Assembly: GCA_964016885.1 (NCBI GenBank)
Contig: OZ024749.1
Coordinates: 10,044,001-10,108,000, forward strand
From: Eledone cirrhosa
Taxonomy: Eukaryota
Direction of reading: 5' to 3'
Length of the DNA: 64,000 bases
Made by a program: the position numbers and the translations under genes. Under the pieces are notes generated by a model, which had not been told where the DNA came from, ran no database searches, and worked only from the letters and a program-made list of their open reading frames with translations. Below are positions 23,701 through 35,700 of the stretch, piece by piece. The stretch's first letter is position 1, and each line of letters begins with the position of its first letter.

Positions 23701-26700
23701 TTTAGACTTTAGACCCAGTCCTCACTCTCCTCTTTGGGGCTTGAGTCAGAATTTTGACCCAGTCCTCACTCTCCTACTTGGGGATTGAGTTAGACTTTAG
23801 ACCCAGTCCTCACTCTCCTCCTTGGGGCTTGAGTTAAACTTTAGACCCAGTCCTCACTCTCCTTGGGGCTTGAGTCAGACTTTAGACCCAGTCCTCACTC
23901 TCCTCCTTGGGGCTTGAGTTAGACTTTAGACCCAGTCCTCACTCTCCTCCTTGGGGCTTGGGTCAGACTTTAAACTTTAGACCCAGTCCTCACTCTCCTT
24001 GGGACTTGAGCCAGACTTTAGACCCAGTCCTCGCTCCTCCTTCGGGCTTTAATCAGATTTTAGACCCAGTCCTCATTCTCCTTCTTGGGGTTTGAGTCAG
24101 ACTTTAGACTTTAGACCCAGTCCTCACTCTCCTCCTTCGGGCTTTAATCAGATTTTAGACTCAGTCCTCACTCTCCTTCTTGGGGTTTGAGTCAGACTTT
24201 AGACTTTAGACCCAGTTCTCACTCTCCTCCTTGGGGCTTGAGCTAGACTTTAGACACATTCCTCACTCTCCTCCTTGGGGCTTGAGTCACACTTTAGACC
24301 CAGTCCTCACTCTCCTCCTTGGGGCTTGAGTCAGACTTTAGACCCAGTCCTCACTCCTCCTTCGGGCTTTAATCAGATTTTAGACCCAGTCCTCATTCTC
24401 CTTCTTGGGGTTTGAGTCAGACTTTAGACTTTAGACCCAGTCCTCACTCTCCTCCTTCGGGCTTTAATCAGATTTTAGACTCAGTCCTCACTCTCCTTCT
24501 TGGGGTTTGAGTCAGACTTTAGACTTTAGACCCAGTCCTCACTCTCCTCCTTGGGGCTTGAGCTAGACTTTAGACCCATTCCTCACTCTCCTCTTTGGGG
24601 CTTGAGTCAGACTTTAGACCCAGTCCTCACTCTCCTCCTTGGGGCTTGAGTCAGACTTTAGACCCAGTCCTCACTCTCCTCCTTGGAGCTTGAGTTAGAC
24701 TTTTGACCCAGTCCTGACTCTCCTCCTTGGGGCTTGAGTCAGACTTTAGACCCAGTCCTCACTCTCCTCCTTGGGGCTTGAGTCAGACTTTAGACTTCAG
24801 ACCCAGTCCTCACTCTCCTCCTTGAGGCTTGAGTCAGGCTTTAGACTTTAGACCCAGTCCCCACTCTCCTCCTTGGGGTTTGAGTCAGACTTTAGACCCA
24901 GTCCTCACTCTCCTCCTTGGGGCTTGAGTCAGACTTTAGACCCAGTCCTCACTCTCCTCCTTGGGACTTCGCCAGACTTTAGACCCAGTCCTCACTCTCC
25001 TCTTTGGGGCTTGGGTTAGACATTAGACCCAATCCTCACTCTCCTTCTTGGGGCTTGAGTCAGACTTTAGACCCAATCCTCACTCTCCTCCTTGGGGCTT
25101 TAATCAGATTTTAGACCCAGTCCTCATTCTCCTTCTTGGGGCTTGAGTCAGACTTTAGACCCAGTCTTCACTCTCCTCCTTGGGGCTTGAGTTAGACTTT
25201 AGACTCAGTCCTCACTCTCCTTCTTGGGGCTTGACTCAGACTTTAGATTTTAGACCCAGTCCTCACTCTCCTCCTTGGGGCTTGAGCTAGACTTTAGACC
25301 CAGTCCTCACTCTTCTCCTTGGGGCTTGAGTTAGACTTTAGACCCAGTCCTCACTCTCCTTCTTGGGGCTTGAGTCAGACTTTAGACCCAGTCCTCACTC
25401 TCCTCCTTGGGGCTTGAGTTAGACTTTAGACCCAGTCCTCACTCTCCTCCTTGGGGCTTGAGTCAAACTTTAGACCCACTCCTCACTCTCCTCCTTGGGG
25501 TTTGAGTCAGATTTTAGAACCAGTCCTCACTCTCCTTGGGGCTTGAGTCAAACTATAGACCCAGTCCTCACTCTCCTCCTTGGGGCTTGAGTTAGACTTT
25601 AGACCCAGTCCTCATACTCCTTCTTGGGGCTTGAGTCAGACTTTAGACCCAGTACTCACTCTCCTCCTTGGGGCTTGAGTCAGACTTGAGACCCAGTCCT
25701 CACTCTCCTCCTTGGGGCTTGAGTCAGACTTTAGACTTTAGACCCAGACCTCACTCTCCTCCTTGGGGCTTGAGTTAGATTTAGACTCAGTCCTCACTCT
25801 CCTTCTTGGGGCTTGAGTCAGAATTTAGACCCAGTCCTCACTCTCCTCCTTGGGGATTGAGTTAGACATTTGACCCAGTCCTCACTCTCCTCCTTGGGGC
25901 TTGAGTCAGACTTTAGACCCAGTCCTCACTCTCCTCTTGGGGCTTGAGTCAGACTTTAGACTTTAGACCCAGTCCTCACTCTCCTCTTTGGGGCTTGAGT
26001 CAGAATTTAGACCCAGTCCTCACTCTCCTACTTGGGGATAGAGTTAGACTTTAGACCCAGTCCCCACTCTCCTCCTTGGGGCTTGAGTTAAACTTTAGAC
26101 CCAGTCCTCACTCTCCTTGGGGCTTGAGTCAGACTTTAGACCCAGTCCTCACTCTCCTCCTTGGGGCTTGAGTTAGACTTTAGACCCAGTCCTCACTCTC
26201 CTCCTTGGGGCTTGGGTCAGACTTTAAACTTTAGACCCAGTCCTCACTCTCCTTGGGACTTGAGCCAGACTTTAGACCCAGTCCTCGCTCCTCCTTCGGG
26301 CTTTAATCAGATTGTAGACCCAGTCCTCATTCTCCTTCTTGGGGTTTGAGTCAGACTTTAGACCCAGTCCTCACTCTCCTCCTTCGGGCTTTAATCAGAT
26401 TTTAGACTCAGTCCTCACTCTCCTTCTTGGGGTTTGAGTCAGACTTTAGACTTTAGACCCAGTCCTCACTCTCCTACTTGGGGCTTGAGCTAGACTTTAG
26501 ACCCATTCCTCACTCTCCTCCTTGGGGCTTGAGTCACACTTTAGACCCAGTCCTCACTCTCCTCCTTGGGGCTTGAGTCAGACTTTAGACCCAGTCCTCA
26601 CTCTTCTTCTTGGGGCTAGAGTCAGACATTAGACCCAGTCCTCACTCTCCTCCTTGGAGCTTGAGTTAGACTTTTGACCCAGTCCTCACTCTCCTCCTTG

Positions 26701-29700
26701 GGGCTTGAGTCAGACTTTAGACCCAGTCCTCACTCTCCTCCTTGGGGCTTGAGTCAGACTTTAGACTTTAGACCCAGTCCTCACTCTCCTCCTTGAGGCT
26801 TGAGTCAGGCTTTAGACTTTAGACCCAGTTCCCACTCTCCTCCTTGGGGTTTGAGTCAGACCTTAGACCCACTCCTCACTCTCCTCCTTGGGCTTACGTC
26901 AGAATTTAGACCCAGTCCTCACTCTCCTCCTTGGGGATTGAATTAGACTTTAGACCCATTCCTCACTCTCCTCTTTGGGGCTTGAGTCAGACTTTAGACC
27001 CAGTCCTCACTCTCCTCCTTGGGGCTTGAGTCAGACTTTAGACCCAGTCCTCACTCTCCTCCTTGGAGCTTGAGTTAGACTTTTGACCCAGTCCTAACTC
27101 TCCTCCTTGGGGCTTGAGTCAGACTTTAGACCCAGTCCTCACTCTCCTCCTTGGGGCTTGAGTCAGACTTTAGACTTCAGACCCAGTCCTCACTCTCCTC
27201 CTTGAGGCTTGAGTCAGGCTTTAGACTTTAGACCCAGTCCCCACTCTCCTCCTTGGGGTTTGAGTCAGAATTTAGACCCAGTCCTCACTCTCCTCCTTGG
27301 GGCTTGAGTCAGACTTTAGACCCAGTCCTCACTCTCCTCCTTGGGACTTCGCCAGACTTTAGACCCAGTCCTCACTCTCCTCTTTGGGGCTTGGGTTAGA
27401 CATTAGACCCAGTCCTCACTCTCCTTCTTGGGGCTTGAGTCAGACTTTAGACCCAATCCTCACTCTCCTCCTTGGGGCTTTAATCAGATTTTAGACCCAG
27501 TCCTCATTCTCCTTCTTGGGGCTTGAGTCAGACTTTAGACCCAGTCTTCACTCTCCTCCTGGGGGCTTGAGTTAGACTTTAGACTCAGTCCTCACTCTCC
27601 TTCTTGGGGCTTGACTCAGACTTTAGATTTTAGACCCAGTCCTCACTCTCCTCCTTGGGGCTTGAGCTAGACTTTAGACCCAGTCCTCACTCTCCTCCTT
27701 CGGGCTTTAATCAGATTTTAGACTCAGTCCTCACTCTCCTTCTTGGGGTTTGAGTCAGACTTTAGACTTTAGACCCAGTCCTCACTCTCCTCCTTGGGGC
27801 TTGAGCTAGACTTTAGACACATTCCTCACTCTCCTCCTTGGGGCTTGAGTCACACTTTAGACCCAGTCCTCACTCTCCTCCTTGGGGCTTGAGTCAGACT
27901 TTAGACCCAGTCCTCACTCCTCCTTCGGGCTTTAATCAGATTTTAGACCCAGTCCTCATTCTCCTTCTTGGGGTTTGAGTCAGACTTTAGACTTTAGACC
28001 CAGTCCTCACTCTCCTCCTTCGGGCTTTAATCAGATTTTAGACTCAGTCCTCACTCTCCTTCTTGGGGTTTGAGTCAGACTTTAGACTTTAGACCCAGTC
28101 CTCACTCTCCTCCTTGGGGCTTGAGCTAGACTTTAGACCCATTCCTCACTCTCCTCTTTGGGGCTTGAGTCAGACTTTAGACCCAGTCCTCACTCTCCTC
28201 CTTGGGGCTTGAGTTAGACTTTTGACCCAGTCCTGACTCTCCTCCTTGGGGCTTGAGTCAGACTTTAGACCCAGTCCTCACTCTCCTCCTTGGGGCTTGA
28301 GTCAGACTTTAGACTTCAGACCCAGTCCTCACTCTCCTCCTTGAGGCTTGAGTCAGGCTTTAGACTTTAGACCCAGTCCCCACTCTCCTCCTTGGGGTTT
28401 GAGTCAGACTTTAGACCCAGTCCTCACTCTCCTCCTTGGGGCTTGAGTCAGACTTTAGACCCAGTCCTCACTCTCCTCCTTGGGACTTCGCCAGACTTTA
28501 GACCCAGTCCTCACTCTCCTCTTTGGGGCTTGGGTTAGACATTAGACCCAGTCCTCACTCTCCTTCTTGGGGCTTGAGTCAGACTTTAGACCCAATCCTC
28601 ACTCTCCTCCTTGGGGCTTTAATCAGATTTTAGACCCAGTCCTCATTCTCCTTCTTGGGGCTTGAGTCAGACTTTAGACCCAGTCTTCACTCTCCTCCTT
28701 GGGGCTTGAGTTAGACTTTAGACTCAGTCCTCACTCTCCTTCTTGGGGCTTGACTCAGACTTTAGATTTTAGACCCAGTCCTCACTCTCCTCCTTGGGGC
28801 TTGAGCTAGACTTTAGACCCAGTCCTCACTCTTCTCCTTGGGGCTTGAGTTAGACTTTAGACCCAGTCCTCACTCTCCTTCTTGGGGCTTGAGTCAGACT
28901 TTAGACCCAGTCCTCACTCTCCTCCTTGGGGCTTGAGTTAGACTTTAGACCCAGTCCTCACTCTCCTCCTTGGGGCTTGAGTCAAACTTTAGACCCACTC
29001 CTCACTCTCCTCCTTGGGGTTTGAGTCAGATTTTAGAACCAGTCCTCACTCTCCTTGGGGCTTGAGTCAAACTATAGACCCAGTCCTCACTCTCCTCCTT
29101 GGGGCTTAAGTTAGACTTTAGACCCAGTCCTCATACTCCTTCTTGGGGCTTGAGTCAGACTTTAGACCCAGTACTCACTCTCCTCCTTGGGGCTTGAGTC
29201 AGACTTGAGACCCAGTCCTCACTCTCCTCCTTGGGGCTTGAGTCAGACTTTAGACTTTAGACCCAGACCTCACTCTCCTCCTTGGGGCTTGAGTTAGATT
29301 TAGACTCAGTCCTCACTCTCCTTCTTGGGGCTTGAGTCAGAATTTAGACCCAGTCCTCACTCTCCTCCTTGGGGATTGAGTTAGACATTTGACCCAGTCC
29401 TCACTCTCCTCCTTGGGGCTTGAGTCAGACTTTAGACCCAGTCCTCACTCTCCTCTTGGGGCTTGAGTCAGACTTTAGACTTTAGACCCAGTCCTCACTC
29501 TCCTCTTTGGGGCTTGAGTCAGAATTTAGACCCAGTCCTCACTCTCCTACTTGGGGATAGAGTTAGACTTTAGACCCAGTCCTCACTCTCCTCCTTGGGG
29601 CTTGAGTTAAACTTTAGACCCAGTCCTCACTCTCCTTGGAGCTTGAGTCAGACTTTAGACCCAGTCCTCACTCTCCTCCTTGGGGCTTGAGTTAGACTTT

Positions 29701-32700
29701 AGACCCAGTCCTCACTCTCCTCCTTGGGGCTTGGGTCAGACTTTAAACTTTAGACCCAGTCCTCACTCTCCTTGGGACTTGAGCCAGACTTTAGACCCAG
29801 TCCTCGCTCCTCCTTCGGGCTTTAATCAGATTGTAGACCCAGTCCTCATTCTCCTTCTTGGGGTTTGAGTCAGACTTTAGACCCAGTCCTCACTCTCCTC
29901 CTTCGGGCTTTAATCAGATTTTAGACTCAGTCCTCACTCTCCTTCTTGGGGTTTGAGTCAGACTTTAGACTTTAGACCCAGTCCTCACTCTCCTACTTGG
30001 GGCTTGAGCTAGACTTTAGACCCATTCCTCACTCTCCTCCTTGGGGCTTGAGTCACACTTTAGACCCAGTCCTCACTCTCCTCCTTGGGGCTTGAGTCAC
30101 ACTTTAGACCCAGTCCTCACTCTTCTTCTTGGGGCTAGAGTCAGACTTTAGACCCAGTCCTCACTCTCCTCCTTGGAGCTTGAGTTAGACTTTTGACCCA
30201 GTCCTCACTCTCCTCCTTGGGGCTTGAGTCAGACTTTAGACCCAGTCCTCACTCTCCTCCTTGGGGCTTGAGTCAGACTTTAGACTTTAGACCCAGTCCT
30301 CACTCTCCTCCTTGAGGCTTGAGTCAGGCTTTAGACTTTAGACCCAGTTCCCACTCTCCTCCTTGGGGTTTGAGTCAGACCTTAGACCCACTCCTCACTC
30401 TCCTCCTTGGGCTTACGTCAGAATTTAGACCCAGTCCTCACTCTCCTCCTTGGGGATTGAATTAGACTTTAGACCCAGTCCTCACTCTCTTCCTTGGGGC
30501 TTGAGTCAGACTTTAGACCCAGTCCTCACTCTCTTCCTTGGGGCTTGAGTCAGACTTTAGACTTTAGACCCAGACCTCACTCTCCTCCTTGGGGCTTGAG
30601 TTAGATTTAGACTCAGTCCTCACTCTCCTTCTTGCGGCTTGAGTCAGATTTTAGACTTTAGACCCAGTCCTCACTCTCCTCCTTGGGGCTTGTGTCAGAC
30701 TTTAAACTTTAGACCCAGTCCTCACTCTCCTCCTTGGGGCTTGAGTCAGACTTTAGACCCAGTCCTCACTCTCCTCCTTGGAGCTTGAGTTAGACTTTTG
30801 ACCCAGTCCTGACTCTCCTCCTTGGGGCTTGAGTCAGACTTTAGACCCAGTCCTCACTCTCCTCCTTGGGGCTTGAGTCAGACTTTAGACTTCAGACCCA
30901 GTCCTCACTCTCCTCCTTGAGGCTTGAGTCAGGCTTTAGACTTTAGACCCAGTCCCCACTCTCCTCCTTGGGGTTTGAGTCAGACTTTAGACCCAGTCCT
31001 CACTATCCTCCTTGGGGCTTGAGTCAGACTTTAGACCCAGTCCTCACTCTCCTCCTTGGGACTTCGCCAGACTTTAGACCCAGTCCTCACTCTCCTCTTT
31101 GGGGCTTGGGTTAGACATTAGACCCAGTCCTCACTCTCCTCCTTGGGGCTTGAGTCAGACTTTAGACCCAATCCTCACTCTCCTCCTTGGGGCTTTAATC
31201 AGATTTTAGACCCAGTCCTCATTCTCCTTCTTGGGGCTTGAGTCAGACTTTAGACCCAGTCTTCACTCTCCTCCTTGGGGCTTGAGTTAGACTTTAGACT
31301 CAGTCCTCACTCTCCTTCTTGGGGCTTGACTCAGACTTTAGATTTTAGACCCAGTCCTCACTCTCCTCCTTGGGGCTTGAGCTAGACTTTAGACCCAGTC
31401 CTCACTCTTCTCCTTGGGGCTTGAGTTAGACTTTAGACCCAGTCCTCACTCTCCTTCTTGGGGCTTGAGTCAGACTTTAGACCCAGTCCTCACTCTCCTC
31501 CTTGGGGCTTGAGTTAGACTTTAGACCCAGTCCTCACTCTCCTCCTTGGGGCTTGAGTCAAACTTTAGACCCACTCCTCACTCTCCTCCTTGGGGTTTGA
31601 GTCAGATTTTAGAACCAGTCCTCACTCTCCTTGGGGCTTGAGTCAAACTATAGACCCAGTCCTCAGTCTCCTCCTTGGGGCTTGAGTTAGACTTTAGACC
31701 CAGTCCTCATACTCCTTCTTGGGGCTTGAGTCAGACTTTAGACCCAGTACTCACTCTCCTCCTTGGGGCTTGAGTCAGACTTGAGACCCAGTCCTCACTC
31801 TCCTCCTTGGGGCTTGAGTCAAACTTTAGACTTTAGACCCAGACCTCACTCTCCTCCTTGGGGCTTGAGTTAGATTTAGACTCAGTCCTCACTCTCCTTC
31901 TTGGGGCTTGAGTCAGAATTTAGACCCAGTCCTCACTCTCCTCCTTGGGGATTGAGTTAGACATTTGACCCAGTCCTCACTCTCCTCCTTGGGGCTTGAG
32001 TCAGACTTTAGACCCAGTCCTCACTCTCCTCTTGGGGCTTGAGTCAGACTTTAGACTTTAGACCCAGTCCTCACTCTCCTCTTTGGGGCTTGAGTCAGAA
32101 TTTAGACCCAGTCCTCACTCTCCTACTTGGGGATAGAGTTAGACTTTAGACCCAGTCCTCACTCTCCTCCTTGGGGCTTGAGTTAAACTTTTGACCCAGT
32201 CCTCACTCTCCTTGGGGCTTGAGTCAGACTTTAGACCCAGTCCTCACTCTCCTCCTTGGGGCTTGAGTTAGACTTTAGACCCAGTCCTCACTCTCCTCAT
32301 TGGGGCTTGGGTCAGACTTTAAACTTTAGACCCAGTCCTCACTCTCCTTGGGACTTGAGCCAGACTTTAGACCCAGTCCTCGCTCCTCCTTCGGGCTTTA
32401 ATCAGATTGTAGACCCAGTCCTCATTCTCCTTCTTGGGGTTTGAGTCAGACTTTAGACCCAGTCCTCACTCTCCTCCTTCGGGCTTTAATCAGATTTTAG
32501 ACTCAGTCCTCACTCTCCTTCTTGGGGTTTGAGTCAGACTTTAGACTTTAGACCCAGTCCTCACTCTCCTACTTGGGGCTTGAGCTAGACTTTAGACCCA
32601 TTCCTCACTCTCCTCCTTGGGGCTTGAGTCACACTTTAGACCCAGTCCTCACTCTCCTCCTTGGGGCTTGAGTCAGACTTTAGACCCAGTCCTCACTCTT

Positions 32701-35700
32701 CTTCTTGGGGCTAGAGTCAGACTTTAGACCCAGTCCTCACTCTCCTCCTTGGAGCTTGAGTTAGACTTTTGACCCAGTCCTCACTCTCCTCCTTGGGGCT
32801 TGAGTCAGACTTTAGACCCAGTCCTCACTCTCCTCCTTGGGGCTTGAGTCAGACTTTAGACTTTAGACCCAGTCCTCACTCTCCTCCTTGAGGCTTGAGT
32901 CAGGCTTTAGACTTTAGACCCAGTTCCCACTCTCCTCCTTGGGGTTTGAGTCAGACCTTAGACCCACTCCTCACTCTCCTCCTTGGGCTTACGTCAGAAT
33001 TTAGACCCAGTCCTCACTCTCCTCCTTGGGGATTGAATTAGACTTTAGACCCAGTCCTCACTCTCTTCCTTGGGGCTTGAGTCAGACTTTAGACCCAGTC
33101 CTCACTCTCTTCCTTGGGGCTTGAGTCAGACTTTAGACTTTAGACCCAGACCTCACTCTCCTCCTTGGGGCTTGAGTTAGATTTAGACTCAGTCCTCACT
33201 CTCCTTCTTGCGGCTTGAGTCAGATTTTAGACTTTAGACCCAGTCCTCACTCTCCTCCTTGGGGCTTGTGTCAGACTTTAAACTTTAGACCCAGTCCTCA
33301 CTCTCCTCCTTGGGGCTTGAGTCAGACTTTAGACCCAGTCCTCACTCTCCTCCTTGGAGCTTGAGTTAGACTTTTGACCCAGTCCTGACTCTCCTCCTTG
33401 GGGCTTGAGTCAGACTTTAGACCCAGTCCTCACTCTCCTGCTTGGGGCTTGAGTCAGACTTTAGACTTCAGACCCAGTCCTCACTCTCCTCCTTGAGGCT
33501 TGAGTCAGGCTTTAGACTTTAGACCCAGTCCCCACTCTCCTCCTTGGGGTTTGAGTCAGACTTTAGACCCAGTCCTCACTCTCCTCCTTGGGGCTTGAGT
33601 CAGACTTTAGACCCAGTCCACACTCTCCTCCTTGGGACTTCGCCAGACTTTAGACCCAGTCCTCACTCTCCAATTTGGGGCTTGGGTTAGACATTAGACC
33701 CAGTCCTCACTCTCCTTCTTGGGGCTTGAGTCAGACTTTAGACCCAATCCTCACTCTCCTCCTTGGGGCTTTAATCAGATTTTAGACCCAGTCCTCATTC
33801 TCCTTCTTGGGGCTTGAGTCAGACTTTAGACCCAGTCTTCACTCTCCTCCTTGGGGCTTGAGTTAGACTTTAGACTCAGTCCTCACTCTCCTTCTTGGGG
33901 CTTGACTCAGACTTTAGATTTTAGACCCAGTCCTCACTCTCCTCCTTGGGGCTTGAGCTAGACTTTAGACCCAGTCCTCACTCTTCTCCTTGGGGCTTGA
34001 GTTAGACTTTAGACCCAGTCCTCACTCTCCTTCTTGGGGCTTGAGTCAGACTTTAGACCCAGTCCTCACTCTCCTCCTTGGGGCTTGAGTTAGACTTTAG
34101 ACCCAGTCCTCACTCTCCTCCTTGGGGCTTGAGTCAGACTTTAGACTTTAGACCCAGACCTCACTCTCCTCCTTGGGGCTTGAGTTAGATTTAGACTCAG
34201 TCCTCACTCTCCTTCTTGGGGCTTGAGTCAGAATTTAGACCCAGTCCTCACTCTCCTTCTTGGGGATTGAGTTAGACATTTGACCCAGTCCTCACTCTCC
34301 TCCTTGGGGCTTGAGTCAGACTTTAGACCCAGTCCTCACTCTCCTCTTGGGGCTTGAGTCAGACTTTAGCCTTTAGACCCAGTCCTCACTCTCCTCTTTG
34401 GGGCTTGAGTCAGAATTTAGACCCAGTCCTCACTCTCCTACTTGGGGATAGAGTTAGACTTTAGACCCAGTCCTCACTCTCCTCCTTGGGGATAGAGTTA
34501 AACTTTAGACCCAGTCCTCACTCTCCTTGGGGCTTGAGTCAGACTTTAGACCCAGTCCTCACTCTCCTCCTTGGGGCTTGAGTTAGACTTTAGACCCAGT
34601 CCTCACTCTCCTCCTTGGGGCTTGGGTCAGACTTTAAACTTTAGACCCAGTCCTCACTCTCCTTGGGACTTGAGCCAGACTTTAGACCCAGTCCTCGCTC
34701 CTCCTTCGGGCTTTAATCAGATTGTAGACCCAGTCCTCATTCTCCTTCTTGGGGTTTGAGTCAGACTTTAGACCCAGTCCTCACTCTCCTCCTTCGGGCT
34801 TTAATCAGATTTTAGACTCAGTCCTCACTCTCCTTCTTGGGGTTTGAGTCAGACTTTAGACTTTAGACCCAGTCCTCACTCTCCTACTTGGGGCTTGAGC
34901 TAGACTTTAGACCCATTCCTCACTCTCCTCCTTGGGGCTTGAGTCACACTTTAGACCCAGTCCTCACTCTCCTCCTTGGGGCTTGAGTCAGACTTTAGAC
35001 CCAGTCCTCACTCTTCTTCTTGGGGCTAGAGTCAGACTTTAGACCCAGTCCTCACTCTCCTGCTTGGGGCTTGAGTCAGACTTTAGACCCAATCCTCACT
35101 CTCCTCCTTGGGGCTTTAATCAGATTTTAGACCCAGTCCTCATTCTCCTTCTTGGGGCTTGAGTCAGACTTTAGACCCAGTCTTCACTCTCCTCCTTGGG
35201 GCTTGAGTTAGACTTTAGACTCAGTCCTCACTCTCCTTCTTGGGGCTTGACTCAGACTTTAGATTTTAGACCCAGTCCTCACTCTCCTCCTTGGGGCTTG
35301 AGCTAGACTTTAGACCCAGTCCTCACTCTTCTCCTTGGGGCTTGAGTTAGACTTTAGACCCAGTCCTCACTCTCCTTCTTGGGGCTTGAGTCAGACTTTA
35401 GACCCAGTCCTCACTCTCCTCCTTGGGGCTTGAGTTAGACTTTAGACCCAGTCCTCACTCTCCTCCTTGGGGCTTGAGTCAAACTTTAGACCCACTCCTC
35501 ACTCTCCTCCTTGGGGTTTGAGTCAGATTTTAGAACCAGTCCTCACTCTCCTTGGGGCTTGAGTCAAACTGTAGACCCAGTCCTCACTCTCCTCCTTGGG
35601 GCTTGAGTTAGACTTTAGACCCAGTCCTCATACTCCTTCTTGGGGCTTGAGTCAGACTTTAGACCCAGTACTCACTCTCCTCCTTGGGGCTTGAGTCAGA

